From Eledone cirrhosa (Eukaryota), in contig OZ024741.1 of the NCBI GenBank assembly GCA_964016885.1, positions 357,120,001 through 357,184,000 of the forward strand: a stretch of 64,000 bases of DNA. The letters run 5' to 3'. The notes below the pieces were generated by a model. That model was not told where the DNA came from. It ran no database searches and saw nothing but the letters and a program-made list of their open reading frames with translations. The first letter of the stretch is position 1. Each line of letters begins with the position of its first letter. Below, one piece after another: positions 13,673 through 28,746 of this stretch. The translations under genes and the position numbers were made by a program.

Positions 13673-16600
13673 TTAAAGTGTAGTTCTAGTTTTGTTTGTG
13701 TCACTTTTTTTAGGCAACTACACAACAGCATAAACCTGCATCTTCGCACAGCTAATGATTTCGTCATTTCTGTTTCACATCTCTTTGCGTCTCTCTCTTC
13801 TTTTTTTTTCCAACATTCTCTCCTTTCTAAATACATTCTCTTTTCGTCTCCTCCTTGCTTCAAAATACCTCCTCCTCCTCTATTCCTTCCACTCCTGCTT
13901 TATTATGTTCCTCACTTCTCCGTCGCTTTCCTGCTTTTCTTCCATATTTCATGTTTTTATTGTTTTCCCTTCACTTTCTCTTTCTCTTCCATCCTTTTTC
14001 TCTTGCCCTTCCTTTCTCATAGTCTCTCATATTCCTTATTATTTTTATCATAGTCACTCCTTATTTATCTTTTATCCCTTTTCCATTTAACCTACTGCCT
14101 GTCTTCTGACTGATTATTCTAACTGGCCATTTCTCCTTCGATTTCCCTTAAACTGGATTTTAGAAAAGCATCGATCCCTTGAAATTTTTCTGTGGTCTTG
14201 TTCACTTCCCTTAGATCCAATATTGGATTTTATTTGAGAGAAGGATGTGTTTTCATTCTTGTTCCTTAATCACATATCTCAGCATAATGTTTTGGTAAAG
14301 ATAAAATAAATAAGAAGGCAGACTAGATATTTTTTAAAAGGCAGAAATATGTAGAATTGTTCCTGCATTATTTTAATTTACAGTCACTGACCTGTTGTGA
14401 AATTTAATATTTATCTCAGTAAGGTTTACTTGTACATTACGATTTATCAGTAGATTAAATTATATAGAAAGATTATGTTGTTGATGTTTAATTGCAAACT
14501 AACCTGGGGATGGTTAATATTCCCAGATATTCTGCAGTTGGTTAAAATTTTATAAAGTTGTCCTATTATTTTTTTACCATTAACATCTCCACCTGGCGTT
14601 GGGGTGACTTTATAGCATTCAGGGTAGGCCTCCAGTTTAAGGAAAACATGGACTGTATTGACCCATCATGGAGCCCTTAAGCTTTCAGTTATTTCAGGCC
14701 CCTCTGGCACTTCAATCTTTCACCCCGTAAGGACAACAACAAAAATAACAATTATAATAATAATAATGAATTGATAGTCCTCTGTTTCAAACTAGTCAAC
14801 CTTATGAATAATAGGACCATGAACATATCTTTCCCCTTCACAGCACCTTGGAGGTTCTGAAAGGGTCTTGGACACTGCCTTTCCCTCCCTGATTAAACAA
14901 AAAAAGAGGTTTTGTTTATGTTTGTATCCATTTTTCAACATAGTATAGGGTAAAGGTATAGTTCCATATTTTTCATGGTACTTGTAGACTAGGAGTAGAA
15001 ATAACTGGCTGATATTAATAGGGTTAATATGTATGTGTGTATGGACCTATAACTCCTGATATAGCATCTCTTGGGCATTTTAAACCTGGTGGAGCCCATC
15101 CCCTTCTACCATGTCTGAACACAGATTATTTCTTCCAGAGAAAGAGATATAGAGGAAGAAACAACTCCATACTAGACTAGTGCTTTATATTATCAACTTT
15201 GAAAGGATGAAAGGCAAAGTTGACCGTGGCAGGATTTGAACTCGGCATAGAAAGCCAAATTGAATATTACAAACCATTCTATCCAATGTTCTAACAACTC
15301 TGCCAATTCGCCGCCTTAATATGGTTAATGTTCAGTTTGAATTATAGGTTAGAGGTTGAAGGGAAAACTTGGCTTACTTTAAAGATTTGGAAAATATTTA
15401 CTATTAGGTTTGGTGCATTGAATGGGTTTTAGTGAATATGGATGGTATTGAATCAGGAATTCCACAGAAGCTATTGAAATAGCAATTGAAGAGACAGAGG
15501 AGGACATCATCATTTTACATTCACTTTTCAATACCGACATGTGTTGGATGGATTGTTACAGACTTAGTCAATAGTTAATTGGAGCTACTATCCTCCTAGG
15601 CAAGCTAGAAATCATGTCTTGTTTAAATATGTTCCAGTTTTTACTTGGTTTCTACAGCTGGATGCCCTTTTCAACATCAACCATTTTACAGAGTGTACTG
15701 AGTGTATTTTATTGTGGAACAGGTACAAGACAGGTAATATCCTTGATGAGGCTGAAGAATCCTTTCTACACTTTGGCATAGTTTATACAGCTGGATGCCC
15801 TTAATATCAACCATTTTACAAAATGTACTGGGTGGATATCATGGCACCAGCTACTAGAGAGGTTGTCATATTGATGTGACTGAAGAGTCCTCTCAACCCT
15901 TTATTTGGCAAAGAGAGAGCCATGCATAGAATTCATATCATCATCATTGATTAACATCTATTGTCCATGCTTGCACAGTTTAGATGGTCATATTACGAGG
16001 CTAGACAGGTCAGGTAATCAAATCTTACTCATATGCTCCGTTTTGGGGTTTGATTTTTCTATGGATGGATGCTCTTCATAATGCCAACCATATTACAGTG
16101 TGTACTGGAAGCTTTTTCCATGACATTAGCACTACCACCTAACAGGATGGACTAGGTTCCTTTTGTCATAGCACCAGTATGACCAGCTTTCATTGATAAT
16201 AAAGAGGTAGCAACAGAAAACAATAGATTAGTTAGAAAACTTGATTATAAAAAGTACTACAACAAATATTAAGAAACATGGCAGTTATCTTGTCAAGTTA
16301 AGACACATGTTCTTAGATATGCAGGAATAAAAGCTGTTTGATGGCACAAGTACAATGTGACAAGAAAGCTGTGATTAGGTCTTTGATGGACCATGTTTTA
16401 AGATATGAGACATTCACGATAGAAGCTAGAGGTGTTGATGGGCATCTAGCAGGAAGGCTGTGTTGGCATTCATGGACAACCTCACCATGATAGTCTGAAA
16501 CCCCATAAAAATGAAAATGGTCAGCACTGCACTGAAGCAATTGAATGATAACAAAAGCATGCATTACAAAGACAATTCAGTGTGCTTGTAATTGATTATC

Positions 16601-18379
16601 TGGAAAGTTCTATGCTAGGCTGTGTAATGGGTAGCTGGACTGACAGTCATGTTAAAACGCTGGTTCAGATAACATATTTGGTAAGGAGGGAGGCATAGGA
16701 ACTGGGGTGAGGTTATGAGCAAGGTGACAGTCTTAGCCAGAAATTGGCTGAAAGGAAGCCATATCAGAAAGGTCAGGCATAAGTACTAAATTGTGTCTGT
16801 TATTTATTATCACTTGACTATAATGACTAGTGATTCTAATTATCCTCTGACCAGATTGGATTATGTTTGTTTTTGCTTGCCAGCTACCCAACCCATCCAC
16901 CCTTGCAAACTTCTTCTTTGCCCACTTATTCTTGAGAGGGTCGTGGGAGCAGAGTCCTCAAGTATGACATCTAGTAGGTACTGTCAGAAGCAACTGTCTC
17001 CACTTGATCTGGCTGGATCCCCAAGCAAGACCAGCAGAGAACATGGATGTTATCAAACCATCTTACTCAAGGTCTACTCCTTGGCCTCCTTCCAGTTGGT
17101 TTTGCCTGTAAAATCTGTCCAGCAATTCTTTCCTGGGACGTTTATGACCACATGGAAAAACAGACATAAACATAATAATGAAATATATATTCATTCTACA
17201 TATTGCAGCTATTTTAACCTTTTTGATACCAAACCATCTGGATCTACAACAAAAAAACTAGTTCTTTACCTAAAAACCTTCCATCGTAATTTGTTAAATT
17301 ATGCTCCAAAGCCAGCTTGATAATGAAAAGTTTGTTGTATTACTAAATCCCTTCAAATTCTTGATTTGAAAATGATTTGAAAATTATAAGCAATAGATTT
17401 CCTTAGGAATATGATAATAAAAGAATTAATTCTAATAAATAACTTCTGCCTGTACTATGTCTAAGTCATTGACATTTCAGTATCACTTCTCTTGAATTCT
17501 TTAACTTGCAAATAGTCAAGACAAGATAAGAGAAAATTCAACATTTGCTTATTTATTGTCATTTTAATTCACCTTTGGAGTTGATTAATTGAGGCAAGTA
17601 TAAACCCTTTCATTACTATATTTCTAATGAAAGACACTGTCTATGATTTTAAAATAATTGTAAAAATATATAGATTTTGTCGAGACACAATAATATAATT
17701 TCCTCATTATTAAGCTGCTATTTGGAACATAACTTAACAAAGGTTCTTACAGAAAATTATGATAGAAAGTTTTTAGATAAATATAAACACTTAAAAACAA
17801 AAGCTTTGTATTATAAAAGCAGGGGCAATTTCAAACAGATTGGTTAAAGATAGTTTTATTTTAGAACATCTGGGTTGGCAATCTAATTTGCAATAACTTT
17901 AGGGCGGAGTTTCAGAGTAAGCATATCACTGTAAATCTGAGGGTGCATCATTGAAAAGTAGGGAGGCAGTGGCATCCAGTACCCCAACCACCTTGGCAAC
18001 GGGACAGGGAGTGTTCTTTTCTCTTTCTTTTTTTTTATACCCATCTTCTTAAGCAATCAACTTCCTTATCCTTCTAACTGAAAATTTATTCCAGCATCGA
18101 TATTCACTGGGTTAGTCAATTTTTTTTTATTCATCTATTTTTTTAATAAGACTCTTAATATAACTTTGTATTAACATCATATTAAATGACTTGTAATATC
18201 AGAAATTCTTCAACAACAGAAGTCTCTTTTATTTGATGTGCTTTCTTTCTCTGTTCAAAAACGTTGCTAAATGAGCTCACATCTGATTATTTATTCCTTT
18301 ATTATTGTTATTATAAAAGAAATTATTATTTCCTCCTTCATTGCCATTGCAGTATTTCTTCCAAGTCTTTACACTTAAA

Positions 18380-18813
18380 TCCCACCAAGGTCGACTTTGC
18401 CTTTCCTCCTTCCAGGGTCGATAAAATAAAGTAACCAGCTCCAAATTTGCTGCTTATGTGCCTGAATTAGGAATCGTTATTTCCCCCTTTTCATTCTTCG
18501 ATGCAACCCCCACTTTGTGTTGTTTTTCATCCTTATGTTGCTCCCAATGTTTTGGACCCTTGTGACCAATAAAAGAAATAATGTCAGAATCAGTAGAATG
18601 CTGGACAACATGCTTTGCAGCATACTGTTATGTCTCTTCACATTCTGAGTTCCAATCCCACCAGGGTTAGCTTTGCCTTTCATCCTTATAAAGCACCAGT
18701 AATGAACTGGGGTCGATTTAATCAACTTTCCCCCACCCCTTCAAATTGCTGGCCTTGTGCCTATAGTAGAAACCCTTATTATTATTATTAGTAGTAGTAA
18801 CAGCAGCAGCAGC

Positions 18814-18863
<50 letters not shown>

Positions 18864-19089
18864 AATGACATTGGATTGGCAGTATCAGTAATGTGTCAAA
18901 CAGAATATTTTGCAGCATTTAGTCATGGCTCTTTACATTCTCAGTTCAAATCTTGCTGAGGTAAGCTTTGCCTTTCATCCTTACGGGGCTCAGTAAAATA
19001 AAGCACCAGTAATGCACTGGGGTCAATTTAATCAACTTCCCCTCTCCCCAACTTGCTGGGATTGTGCCAATAGTAGAAATCATTATTGT

Positions 19090-19126
<37 letters not shown>

Positions 19127-20020
19127 GGTGGTGGTGATGGTGTTGCTGTTGTTTTTATTAAAATTATTGGAAGACAACACAAATTAATGCATTCCATTTC
19201 ATTCCAAAATTTAACCGAATTTTTGTTGTTTTATTGTTATTCTTTTTTTTTCCATTTGTTCCCTTCCCCCCTCCCGCACTACCATCCCCACCACATGCTG
19301 TGTATTCTACATGGAACTTGGGGAACCTCTGCATTCCTGTTACACTTCGTCATTCTTTGCAGCAACAGCAGCAGCAGCAAGGTTATTCTACAGCTGGTGA
19401 CAACTGCGGTTACTGCTGCTGCTGTTATTACGTCTGTCTTCATGGCAAAACATCAAATTAATAATAAGATAAAAGTAGTAATAATGGTTTCTAATTTACA
19501 CACAAGACCAGTAATTAGGAAGGAGGAGTCAATTAAATTGACCCATGCAGGATAAAAGGAAAAGTTGACCTTGGTGTGATTTGAAATCAGAAGAAATACT
19601 GCAAAACGTTTTGTCTGACTCTTTAAAGATGCTGCCAACCCTCTGTTTTTAATGACTTCTAATTTAGGGACAAGGCCAGCAATTTTTATGGAGAAAGGAA
19701 AGTCAATTAAAATAACCCCAGTATTTGATTGCTACTTTATATTATCAACTCCGAAAGGATGAAAGAAAAAGAAACATTAGCAATATTTGAACTCAGATTA
19801 TTAAGAACTGAAACTAAATAACACAAAGCATTATCTCAGTTGCTCTACTGATTCTGCCAATCCACTATCCTCAACTCAAATAATAATGGCTTTTAATTTA
19901 AAAACTAGGCCAGAAATTTTTGTGGAATTGGGAGAGTTAATAATATTAAATCTGGAAGGATGAAATGCAAAGTTAACTTCAGAGATTTGAACTCAAAACA
20001 TAAAGGACTGGAACAGATAC
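18380..20020. mobile_element. Cluster of tRNA-derived SINE copies in both orientations, separated by (AGT)/(AAT) tracts
   Basis: Recurrent GAGTTCAAATCC B-box followed by CTTTGCCTTTCATCCTT..GGGGTCGATAAAATAAAGTACCAG central domain and TTGCTGGCCTTGTGCC tail. Confidence 0.8.
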
Positions 20021-20119
20021 CACTTGGTCTATAATCCTAAGTAATATAAATAATAATAATAATAATTAAATGAATAAACATTGTTGTCTCTGATTGAGAT
20101 GAAATGAGAATGAATTTGA

Positions 20120-20293
20120 ATTCATATAAAAAAGAGAAAACTCATCGCTAGAACAGCCATTAAAACAGCCAAATGCTGTCAAAGATAGTGATGGGCATTT
20201 TCCTCTGAGGCATTTTTACCCATCACTGTCTTTGACAGCATTTGGCTGTTTTAATGGCTGTTCTAGCGATGAGTTTTCTCATTTTTATATGAA
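20120..20293. repeat. Near-perfect palindrome (about 75-bp arms, 22-nt spacer)
   Basis: ATTCATATAAAAAAGAGAAAACTCATCGCTAGAACAGCC...GATGGG is mirrored by CCCATC...GGCTGTTCTAGCGATGAGTTTTCTCATTTTTATATGAAT. Confidence 0.92.
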
Positions 20294-23200
20294 TATTAAT
20301 AATAGCAAGCATGTTTATTTAGAAGACAACAGCAAGAGATATTTGAAAATTGAATTAGAAGCTATCAATAACACCAATCTGCCAATAAAAAGTGCCTCTT
20401 GTTGGTTATGAAGCAAAAGAGAGAAGATAAGCTAAAATACAGGAGCAGAAGGTGGGCAATGATTTGGTCACCATTGCTGACCCACTGATCAGAGTATGTT
20501 ACAGTTAAGAGTTGAAATATCTAATGAAGATTGGACACTATCTTATGACATCATCTCCACTTGACCAATGTTATATTCACTGAGGGTGAATGAATGTGAA
20601 GCATCTTCTTTAAGATGTAATATTCCATCCTTACATACATAAATATAACTGGCAGAGTTGTTAGAACATCAGAAAGACTACTTTGTAGTATTTATTCCTG
20701 CACTCTGAGTTCAAATCCTGTCACGGTCAACTTTGCCTTTGATCCTTCTGAAGTGGATAAAAAAAGTACTAGTCCAGTACTATGGTCAATTCTTTTTCTA
20801 TAGCTCTTTCTCTTGTGTGTATTCTGGCCTAGAGAGGGGATTAGTTTTCAAAAATGCTCATTTTTTTTCAGTAATCATGACATTGTTGTGATGTTGGGAT
20901 GTTTTTACCATGAAATTGCTTGTTCTTACATTTTTGCATATTTCATCAAGTCTTTAAAGGTACAGAATTAAGTGTTAAAGATAAATCCCTCAATTTAATG
21001 CTCAAATTATAATATATAAACATATTTCTCTATATAAAATAATAGAGCTTATGCTAATCTCTTATCAATTTCTTTTTCTTGTTGAAACATGTAAGACAAA
21101 TAAATTGTCTTAGATTTCTTCATTTTACTTGTCTAGCCATTATAAATGTGTTTGTATAAGGGAGAAGAGAAATAGACGATACATATAGATAGATAGAAAG
21201 ATAATAAAGTTAGTTGAGAAAGATTATATTCAGGGTTCAAGTCCAGTGAGTTGACTTAGATTTTCTTTCTTCTGGGAATGATAAAATAAATACTAAGTCA
21301 TATATTCATATTTATTCAGTTGCTTCCTCTAGTCCGATGTAAGAAATCATATTATCATCATTTTATGTCTGCTTTTCATGTTAGCATGGGTTGAATGGAT
21401 TGTAGAACCTTCTTTCACTCATATATTCTATTTTTGTCATAGTTTCTACAGTTGGATGCTCTTTCTAATACCAAACACTTTGCAGGGTATACTGGATGTA
21501 TTTTATCGTGATACCAACTCTACCACTTAACTGAGTTTACTGGATGCATTTTATCATGGCACCAGTACAATCACTTTACAGGGTCTAGTAGATGCATTTT
21601 ATTATGGCACCAGCACTAATGTGTATGTATATATGTGTGTCATCATCATCATCATCATCATCATCGTTTAATGTCCATGTTCCACGCTTGCATATGTATA
21701 CATCTATGTGTATTTATGTATATATGTATGTGTATTATGTATATATGTATATGTATTTATGTATATATGCATGTGTATGTATATATGTATGTGTATTTAT
21801 GTATATATGCATGTGTATTTATGTATCTCTACCTGTATGCATGCATGAATGGTTGAGTCTTACCCATGTGTGTGTGTGTGTGCATATGTGTGTTAACAAA
21901 TATCAGCATTTACTTTGATACAATATCTATACAATATATATACATATTTGTTAACTAATAACTGGAAAACGTATCATTTTGACATGTAAAATTGAAACTA
22001 ACAATCAACTTCCTAGCCAGTCGACTATGTGCTTTCTTACGTAAGCTGTTTCTGCTAAAGTGCACTTGCGTGCAACACTTAACTGCTGCACAACTGATTG
22101 AACGGCAGCATTGTTTACTGTGCTTCTAAATCGCTACAACCCCCCTTGCTGCTGCTGTTGTTTGTTGCTAGGCAGTCTGTATTTCGTCACTTTAAAATGA
22201 TGAGAAGGTGGAGAAGGATGCTGATGATGTTGATGACGACATCACCAACCTCCTCAATGATGACTGCTAATCTGATATTCAGTAAATCGACAATGATGAT
22301 CCTGTAAAAAGTGTTTCATTGTTGTGGGGGTAGGCTTGGCTCCTGAAGTCTACAGTCCTACTTGGTAGAACAGAATTTTGACAATACTATAAAGCAGCAA
22401 CACTATTATTACAAACGATGACGTTATCACTGTATTCCTCGAAGGTTTTTTTTTGTTTTTGTTGTTGCTTTGTTTTTAGATTTTGTTTTTGTCCCATCCC
22501 TCTTTCCCTTTGCTGTGGAATTTACCATGCTTTTCTCAAGGAGATGTGTCCATTTCTCATAAATACTTTCTATCAAAGAATTGGAATTTGTTGAATATTT
22601 GACTCAATGAATTTTTAAATAATTTTCAAAGATTTTGATTTTACTTTGTTCTTCTATTAAAGAAATATTAGTGAGACAAATAGTACGGCAGAAATGTTAC
22701 TGAAAAAAACCCCAACAAATATATGGATGTGTGTGTGTGTGTTTGTTTGTGTGAGTGTGTGTGCGTACGTGTTTGTGTGAGTGTGTGTGTGTACATATAT
22801 ATTTGTCTTCTAGTATACTGGTTTTGATTATAATGGAAAATCTTATAATACTTTCAAAATTTATCCAAAATCTCAATTACAACTTACAATATTTTAATTT
22901 TTGTAAGGTAGGTAAGGAAGCAGTAATCAGTTTTTCATAAGCCATTTTGCTTCTAGAAAATAAATGGAAATGGACCCTTTTTATAGGATTTTGAGTAGAA
23001 TTCATAAAACATTTTTCAATCTCAACCCATTTTGAAAATAATCAAGAAGTTGGATAGATTTAGTAAAATACCAAACTTTCTCAATATTTAACTGGTGTTT
23101 GGAATAGAACTTAACAAAGGTTCTTACATAAAATTGTTATATATTTATAAACACTTTAACCTTTTTGACACTAAACTGCCTGAAATGACTCATTTTGAAA

Positions 23201-24078
23201 ATAATCAAGAAATTGAATGGATTTAGTAATATAACTAACTTTATCACTTTTAAGCTGGTGTTTGGAACATAACAGTCCTTATATAATATTATGACGAAAA
23301 ATATAAACATTTTAGAATAAACAACATTGTATTATTGAACCAGGGGTGGCTTCAAGCAATTTGATATCAAACATGTTAATTTTTATTTTTAAAATATTCA
23401 ATACTAGCATGTTATTGTGGCTTTGCATTTTGATCAGGGGTTTTTTGTTGTTGTTTTTTCAATGTATGATCCAATTCTAAAATAGATTTTTCAGTAACAT
23501 TTTAACCTGTAATGATTTATAAAAACATAAAACATAACTTCTAAAAACATAAGATTGAAATTGAGATTTCGAAAAAATGTTAAGACAAGCTTTTGCCAAG
23601 TCTGTCATTTAACTCTTTAGATATTAAATTTACTTGTTCAACTCATGACAGCACGGAAAATGAAAGCTTCCTTGTGAAAATCAGACAACTATAAACACAT
23701 CTATCTCCATAATGAGCAGGAAAATACTGGGATAGTTATAACTAGTTTAATTTCTTGTTGGAAATCTATTAGAGACTATGATCATTGTTCCACTGCAGTG
23801 GCAGATGGCCACAATGCTACTCCTTTTATTGAAGTTTTCATAAATAAGTTATGGTCTTATGCTCAAGTGATTAGCTCTAGCCTTGCATTGCCTGGCCATT
23901 GGTGGGATTTGAAACCTTCAGAGGAATTTGAACTCAGAAAAGATACCACAAAGCAATTTCATCCAAACAATCTACCAATCCCATCAATCCACTGGTTTAC
24001 TATGCCTTTTTTTTGTTTGGGAATAATGGAACAAAATATCAGTAATATGCTGTAATTGTATCTGTTTACTTACTATTC

Positions 24079-24244
24079 CAGCGGTTGCCAACCATGGACC
24101 ACTGGTTGTCTGAGAGAAAATGTTGCTGTTCCACAGAAAAATGTTAATGTATTTATCTTTTTAAAAAAATTCATATTAGTGGTCCATGTGATTTAAAATT
24201 ATGAATTTAGTGGTTTGTGAGGTCTGAAAGGTTGGCGACTGCTG
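24079..24244. mobile_element. hAT-type MITE
   Basis: TIRs CAGCGGTTGCCAACC / GGTTGGCGACTGCTG with 8-bp TSD TACTATTC / TTCTATTC (7 of 8 match). Confidence 0.8.
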
Positions 24245-25009
24245 TTCTATTCTATGCAGTGTCTATACACTATGCTGAACTCATACCACTTCTACTGAGG
24301 CACTCCCAAATAATACATCTCTTGTCATGTTATCACTCATCTTTTTGTGTCCAATCACCTATGATCTGTACCAACTGCTATGCCTATTTCGGCCCAGAAC
24401 GTTAGCTATTTAGAATTCCCTCTCTGCTCACATCTTTCCCAAAAGAGTGGGAATTTAAACAGAACATCAGTGACATTTATCTCTCCAGTTTCAGATAGGC
24501 TGTGAAGGACATCTTTACATCTGGTATCAAATAAACAAATAAAGAAAAACTTGTGTAGCTGCTGGTACTTCAGATTCAGTCATACGCATGGGTTTTCTCT
24601 TCTCATAAATCTTTGCTTATGATATTAATCCAAGATTTTTTTACTATAATCCTAATGACACAAGCATGACTGAAGAGTTAAAATGATTGCTTCACAATCA
24701 TAAGGTCCGGAGTTCAATCCCACTGCATAGTATCTTCAGCAAGTGTTGCTTGCCATATCTGTGGGTTGTCTGAAGCTCTATAAGGGGAATTGGGTAGACA
24801 GAAACTGTTTGGAAGCCTGTCAGATTGACTGCACTTTTAATTCAAAAGTGTGATCTTATCACATATTATGTCATGCTGATTCTATTTGAGAATTGTGTTG
24901 TTAAGGATATGTATATATATATATATATGAAATTCTCAACCATTTACATGTTAGTTTAGAAGTTGGACAGCATTCTAATCAAAGTGTGTATATATTTTGG
25001 GGGGACACA

Positions 25010-25072
<63 letters not shown>

Positions 25073-26360
25073 CGTGCGTGTACATGTGTGTGTTCATGTG
25101 TGTGTATGTGTGCATGTGTTTACATTTACTGTTTGCGTATGTCCCAGATCGATAACAAATGATAGATAAAACAAGTGCCAGACTTGAAAAAAGTTAATAG
25201 GGTCAATATTATCAATTAAATCCCTTCAAGGCATTGCTCTAGCATGGCCTCAGTCTAATTACTGAAACCAATAAAAGACATATAACACAACCTCTCGTGA
25301 AGTTGTAAAATTTTGTAATTGTTTTAAAACTATCAGTTTAGTTGAAACATGGTGTATACATGAACCCATAGACTCCTGATGGTGGAGTTACAGGTACTAT
25401 CAGGACATACATAGAGATGTGTCTTGGACATTTTAAACCTGGTGGAGTCTATCCCCTTCTCCATGTCGGAATACAGCTGATTTCTTCCAGAGAAAGATAG
25501 GAAGAATGATAGAGAGGAAGTGAGAAACTAATACAGATAGAGAATCAATCCCAGTATCGAACTGGTACTTTCTTTATTGACCTCGAATGGATGAATGACT
25601 AAGTTGACCTTGGCAGAATTTGAACTCAGCGAGCATAGAAAGCTAGAAAAAATACTGTACGACATTCTATCTCACATTCTAATGACTGTCAATTCATCAT
25701 CTTTGAAACATGATGACAAAGGACTAACCTGAGATATTCCATCTAATCTAAAATGTGTGGTGAGCTTTTATCATTCTGTATTACCATTTTCATTACCCTA
25801 TTTCTAATAAAAGTCCCCACCTATGATTTTCAAATAATTTTGAAAATATAATCAAGAATTTAGAGGGATTTAGTGATAACTAATTTTCTCACTACTTGTC
25901 TAGTGTTTGGAATATAATTTAACAAAGTTTCTTACATAAATTTATAATTGTTTCTACTTGCACAAGGCCAGCAATTACCCAGTGCATTACTAGTACTTTA
26001 TTTTATCGACCCCGTAAGGATGAAAGGCAAAGTCAACCTCGACGGGATTTGAACTCAGATCGTAAAGGGACGTAACTATGCTGGAAAGCATGGCGTCCGA
26101 CGCTCTACCGATACTAAACACTTCAACCCTTTTGATACCAGGCTACCTGAAACCACCCTGTATGTTTTAATTCTTTCATTACCATGTGTCTACTGAAAGA
26201 TGCTGCCTATTTCAAATAATTTCGAATATAATTAAGAATGTGGATGGATTTAGTAATATAACTAACTTTCTCATTATTAAGTTGTTATTTTTAATATAAT
26301 TTAACAAAGGTTCTTACATAAAATTACAATGGAATATTTTTAGATAAATACAAACATCTT

Positions 26361-26586
26361 AACACTTTAGTATTTAAACAAGCCATATCTGGCCAGAATT
26401 CTCTCACCTCTTTCTGTTCAAACTGGCTGTAACCAGCCGCTCATACTTATGTTAAGTTATTGTTCTCAAAATAAGTAATATTAAAATCTTGTAGATTTGA
26501 TATTATGTGAGATAATTATGATAGATAAAGCCTTTACATGAAAATATAATAATAAATATAGAGTAATGTAAATGCAAAAGGGTTAA
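26361..26586. mobile_element. TTAA-flanked piggyBac-like MITE (about 225 bp)
   Basis: TTAA-CACTTTAGTATTT ... AAATGCAAAAGGG-TTAA; homologous copies near 43534-43758, 43890-44100, 50037-50262 and 59805-60030. Confidence 0.7.
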
Positions 26587-26870
26587 AACAGTCTTGCATT
26601 GGCAGTATCGGTATAGGGTCGGACGCCATGCTTTGGATCTGAGTTCAAATCCTACTGAGGTTAACTTTGCCTTTCATCATTACAGGGTGCCAATTATAAA
26701 ACCAGGGCTAGTTTCAGGCAGTTTGGTATCAAAATGTTAATCTGTTATTGGCCTATTCATTAATTAATATTGATAAGGTGAAGTAATAATTTTAGATTTC
26801 CTTTTCCTTTTTCTTTATGAAAAAGAATATTAAAAAATCTAAAAATCATTAAAAGTAACATATATATTAC

Positions 26871-27130
26871 TATTGTTATACTTTGGGAGGGGCATGCTGT
26901 CAATAAAAACACACGCACCTGTTGGTTTTCACTTCAATTTATTACAGATTTCTGGTTGGCTGGTTGGTTCAATAATTGGATGATTGTTTATTGTCAAAGC
27001 TCTTTTGACACACATTCTATGACCTCCTCAGTGACTGTTATTTTGTGTCTCTCCTTTGTTCTGTCCTACACCATCTTATTTTTGTGTGTTGTGTGTTTAT
27101 ATATTACTATTGATTATGTAAATTTCTTCT
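26871..27130 (-). mobile_element. pLTR-like island with decayed HHR (26993-27035)
   Basis: Homologous to 34916-35050. Minus strand gtca-CTGAGGA-ggtcatagaatgtgtgtc-AAAA-gagc-TT-tgac followed directly by AATAAA; GAAA has become AAAA at a CpG. Confidence 0.5.
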
Positions 27131-27334
27131 TTTATTTTCCCCCCAAAGAAAACAGTGTCTGCCAATAGCTTCCAAAAGCCATATAAAAACAAGACGGAGG
27201 AGGTGGAGTTGTAAATAAAGACGTAAAATTGATATCTCTCTTGAACTGTTGAGGATTTGGAATTGGTGAGCTAGAACAGAGTAATTCGGTTTTAGTTAGA
27301 AAGAATTTATGTATAATGTTTGGTGCATGGACAT

Positions 27335-27350
27335 GATGTATATATGTGTG

Positions 27351-27382
<32 letters not shown>

Positions 27383-27989
27383 TGTATGTATGTATGTATG
27401 TATGTATGTGTGAGTGTATGTATGTTTGTCTGTGTATATGTATGTGTGTGTATGTATGTTTGTATGTATGTATGTGTGAGTGTATGTATATATGTATGTA
27501 TGTGTGTATGTATGTTTGTATGTATGTGTGAGTGTACGTATGTTTGTATATATGTATGTGTGTGTATGTATGTTTGTATGTATGTATGTGTGAGTACGTA
27601 TGTTTGTCTGTATATATGTATGTGTGTGTATGTATGTTTGTATGTATGTGTGAGTGTACGAATGTTTGTATATATGTATGTATATGTGTATATTTATGTG
27701 TATACCTATGTATGTATCAATGTATCTATGTATGTTTGTGTATATGTGTGTATATATGTACGTATGTATGTGTGTGTATATATGTATTTATGTGTGTGTT
27801 AGTGTGTGTAAATGTATGTTCATATGTATGAATGATGTAGAGAAATGAAAAAGAGAAAGTTGAGAAAGACTAGAGAAGAAGAGAGGGAGAGAGAGAGAGA
27901 AAGTCTAGAAAGACTAGAGAAGAAGAGAGAGGGGGAGAGAAAGTTGAGAAAGACTAGAGAAGAAGAGAGTGAGAGTGAGAGAGATAAAG

Positions 27990-28045
<56 letters not shown>
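27335..28045. repeat. (TATG)n/(TG)n compound microsatellite followed by (GA)n
   Basis: Direct inspection. Confidence 0.95.
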
Positions 28046-28046
<1 letters not shown>

Positions 28047-28110
28047 AGCGAGATAGATTAAAGCTAGGATAAGAAAAGAGTTGAGATATTGATTTCTTAT
28101 ATAAGCACAT

Positions 28111-28308
28111 GAAAATATCATTGCATGGTGTACATGTGGTGAAATGAAAATATCATTGCATGGTGCACATGTGGTGAAATGAAAATATAATTGCATGGTG
28201 TACATGTGGGGAAATGGAAATATCATTGTATGGTGTACATGTGGTAGAATGGAAACATTTTATTGTGTACGAGTGGTAAAATGGAAAAATTATTGTATGG
28301 TATACATA
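28111..28308. repeat. 35-bp minisatellite, about 5.5 copies
   Basis: Unit GAAAATATCATTGCATGGTGTACATGTGGTGAAAT, decaying toward the right. Confidence 0.9.
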
Positions 28309-28409
28309 CTGAATTTTGGGGGGTGGGGTGGGGGGTCATGAGTGTTAGTAATGTAGATGAAGTAAATTAGCTACATCATCAACACCCTCACAACCACCAC
28401 CACCACCAC

Positions 28410-28440
<31 letters not shown>

Positions 28441-28746
28441 CCCTCACAACCACCACCACTACCACCATCACCACATCATCATCATCATCATCATCGTCAT
28501 TATTATCGTCATTATTATCATCAACCATCCATCCATTTATCATGCTGGTATAGTTGATATGGATTGTCACAATCTGAGGCAGTTTTTTATCTGGAATTAC
28601 TGCCCTCCTAGACAGGTTGAGAACTACATCACAGCCATATGTTAAACCCCCCCCCCCCCACACACACACACACAACTACATACCATAAGACCTTTTTCTT
28701 TGGGAGTAAAATTTGGTAAATGGAATTTGTGTAGAAGCCCATTATA

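Noticed and set aside
19234-19461. CAG/CTG-rich block with short ORFs on both strands
   Set aside because: No homology motif or convincing splice-site pair; cannot be supported as an exon.
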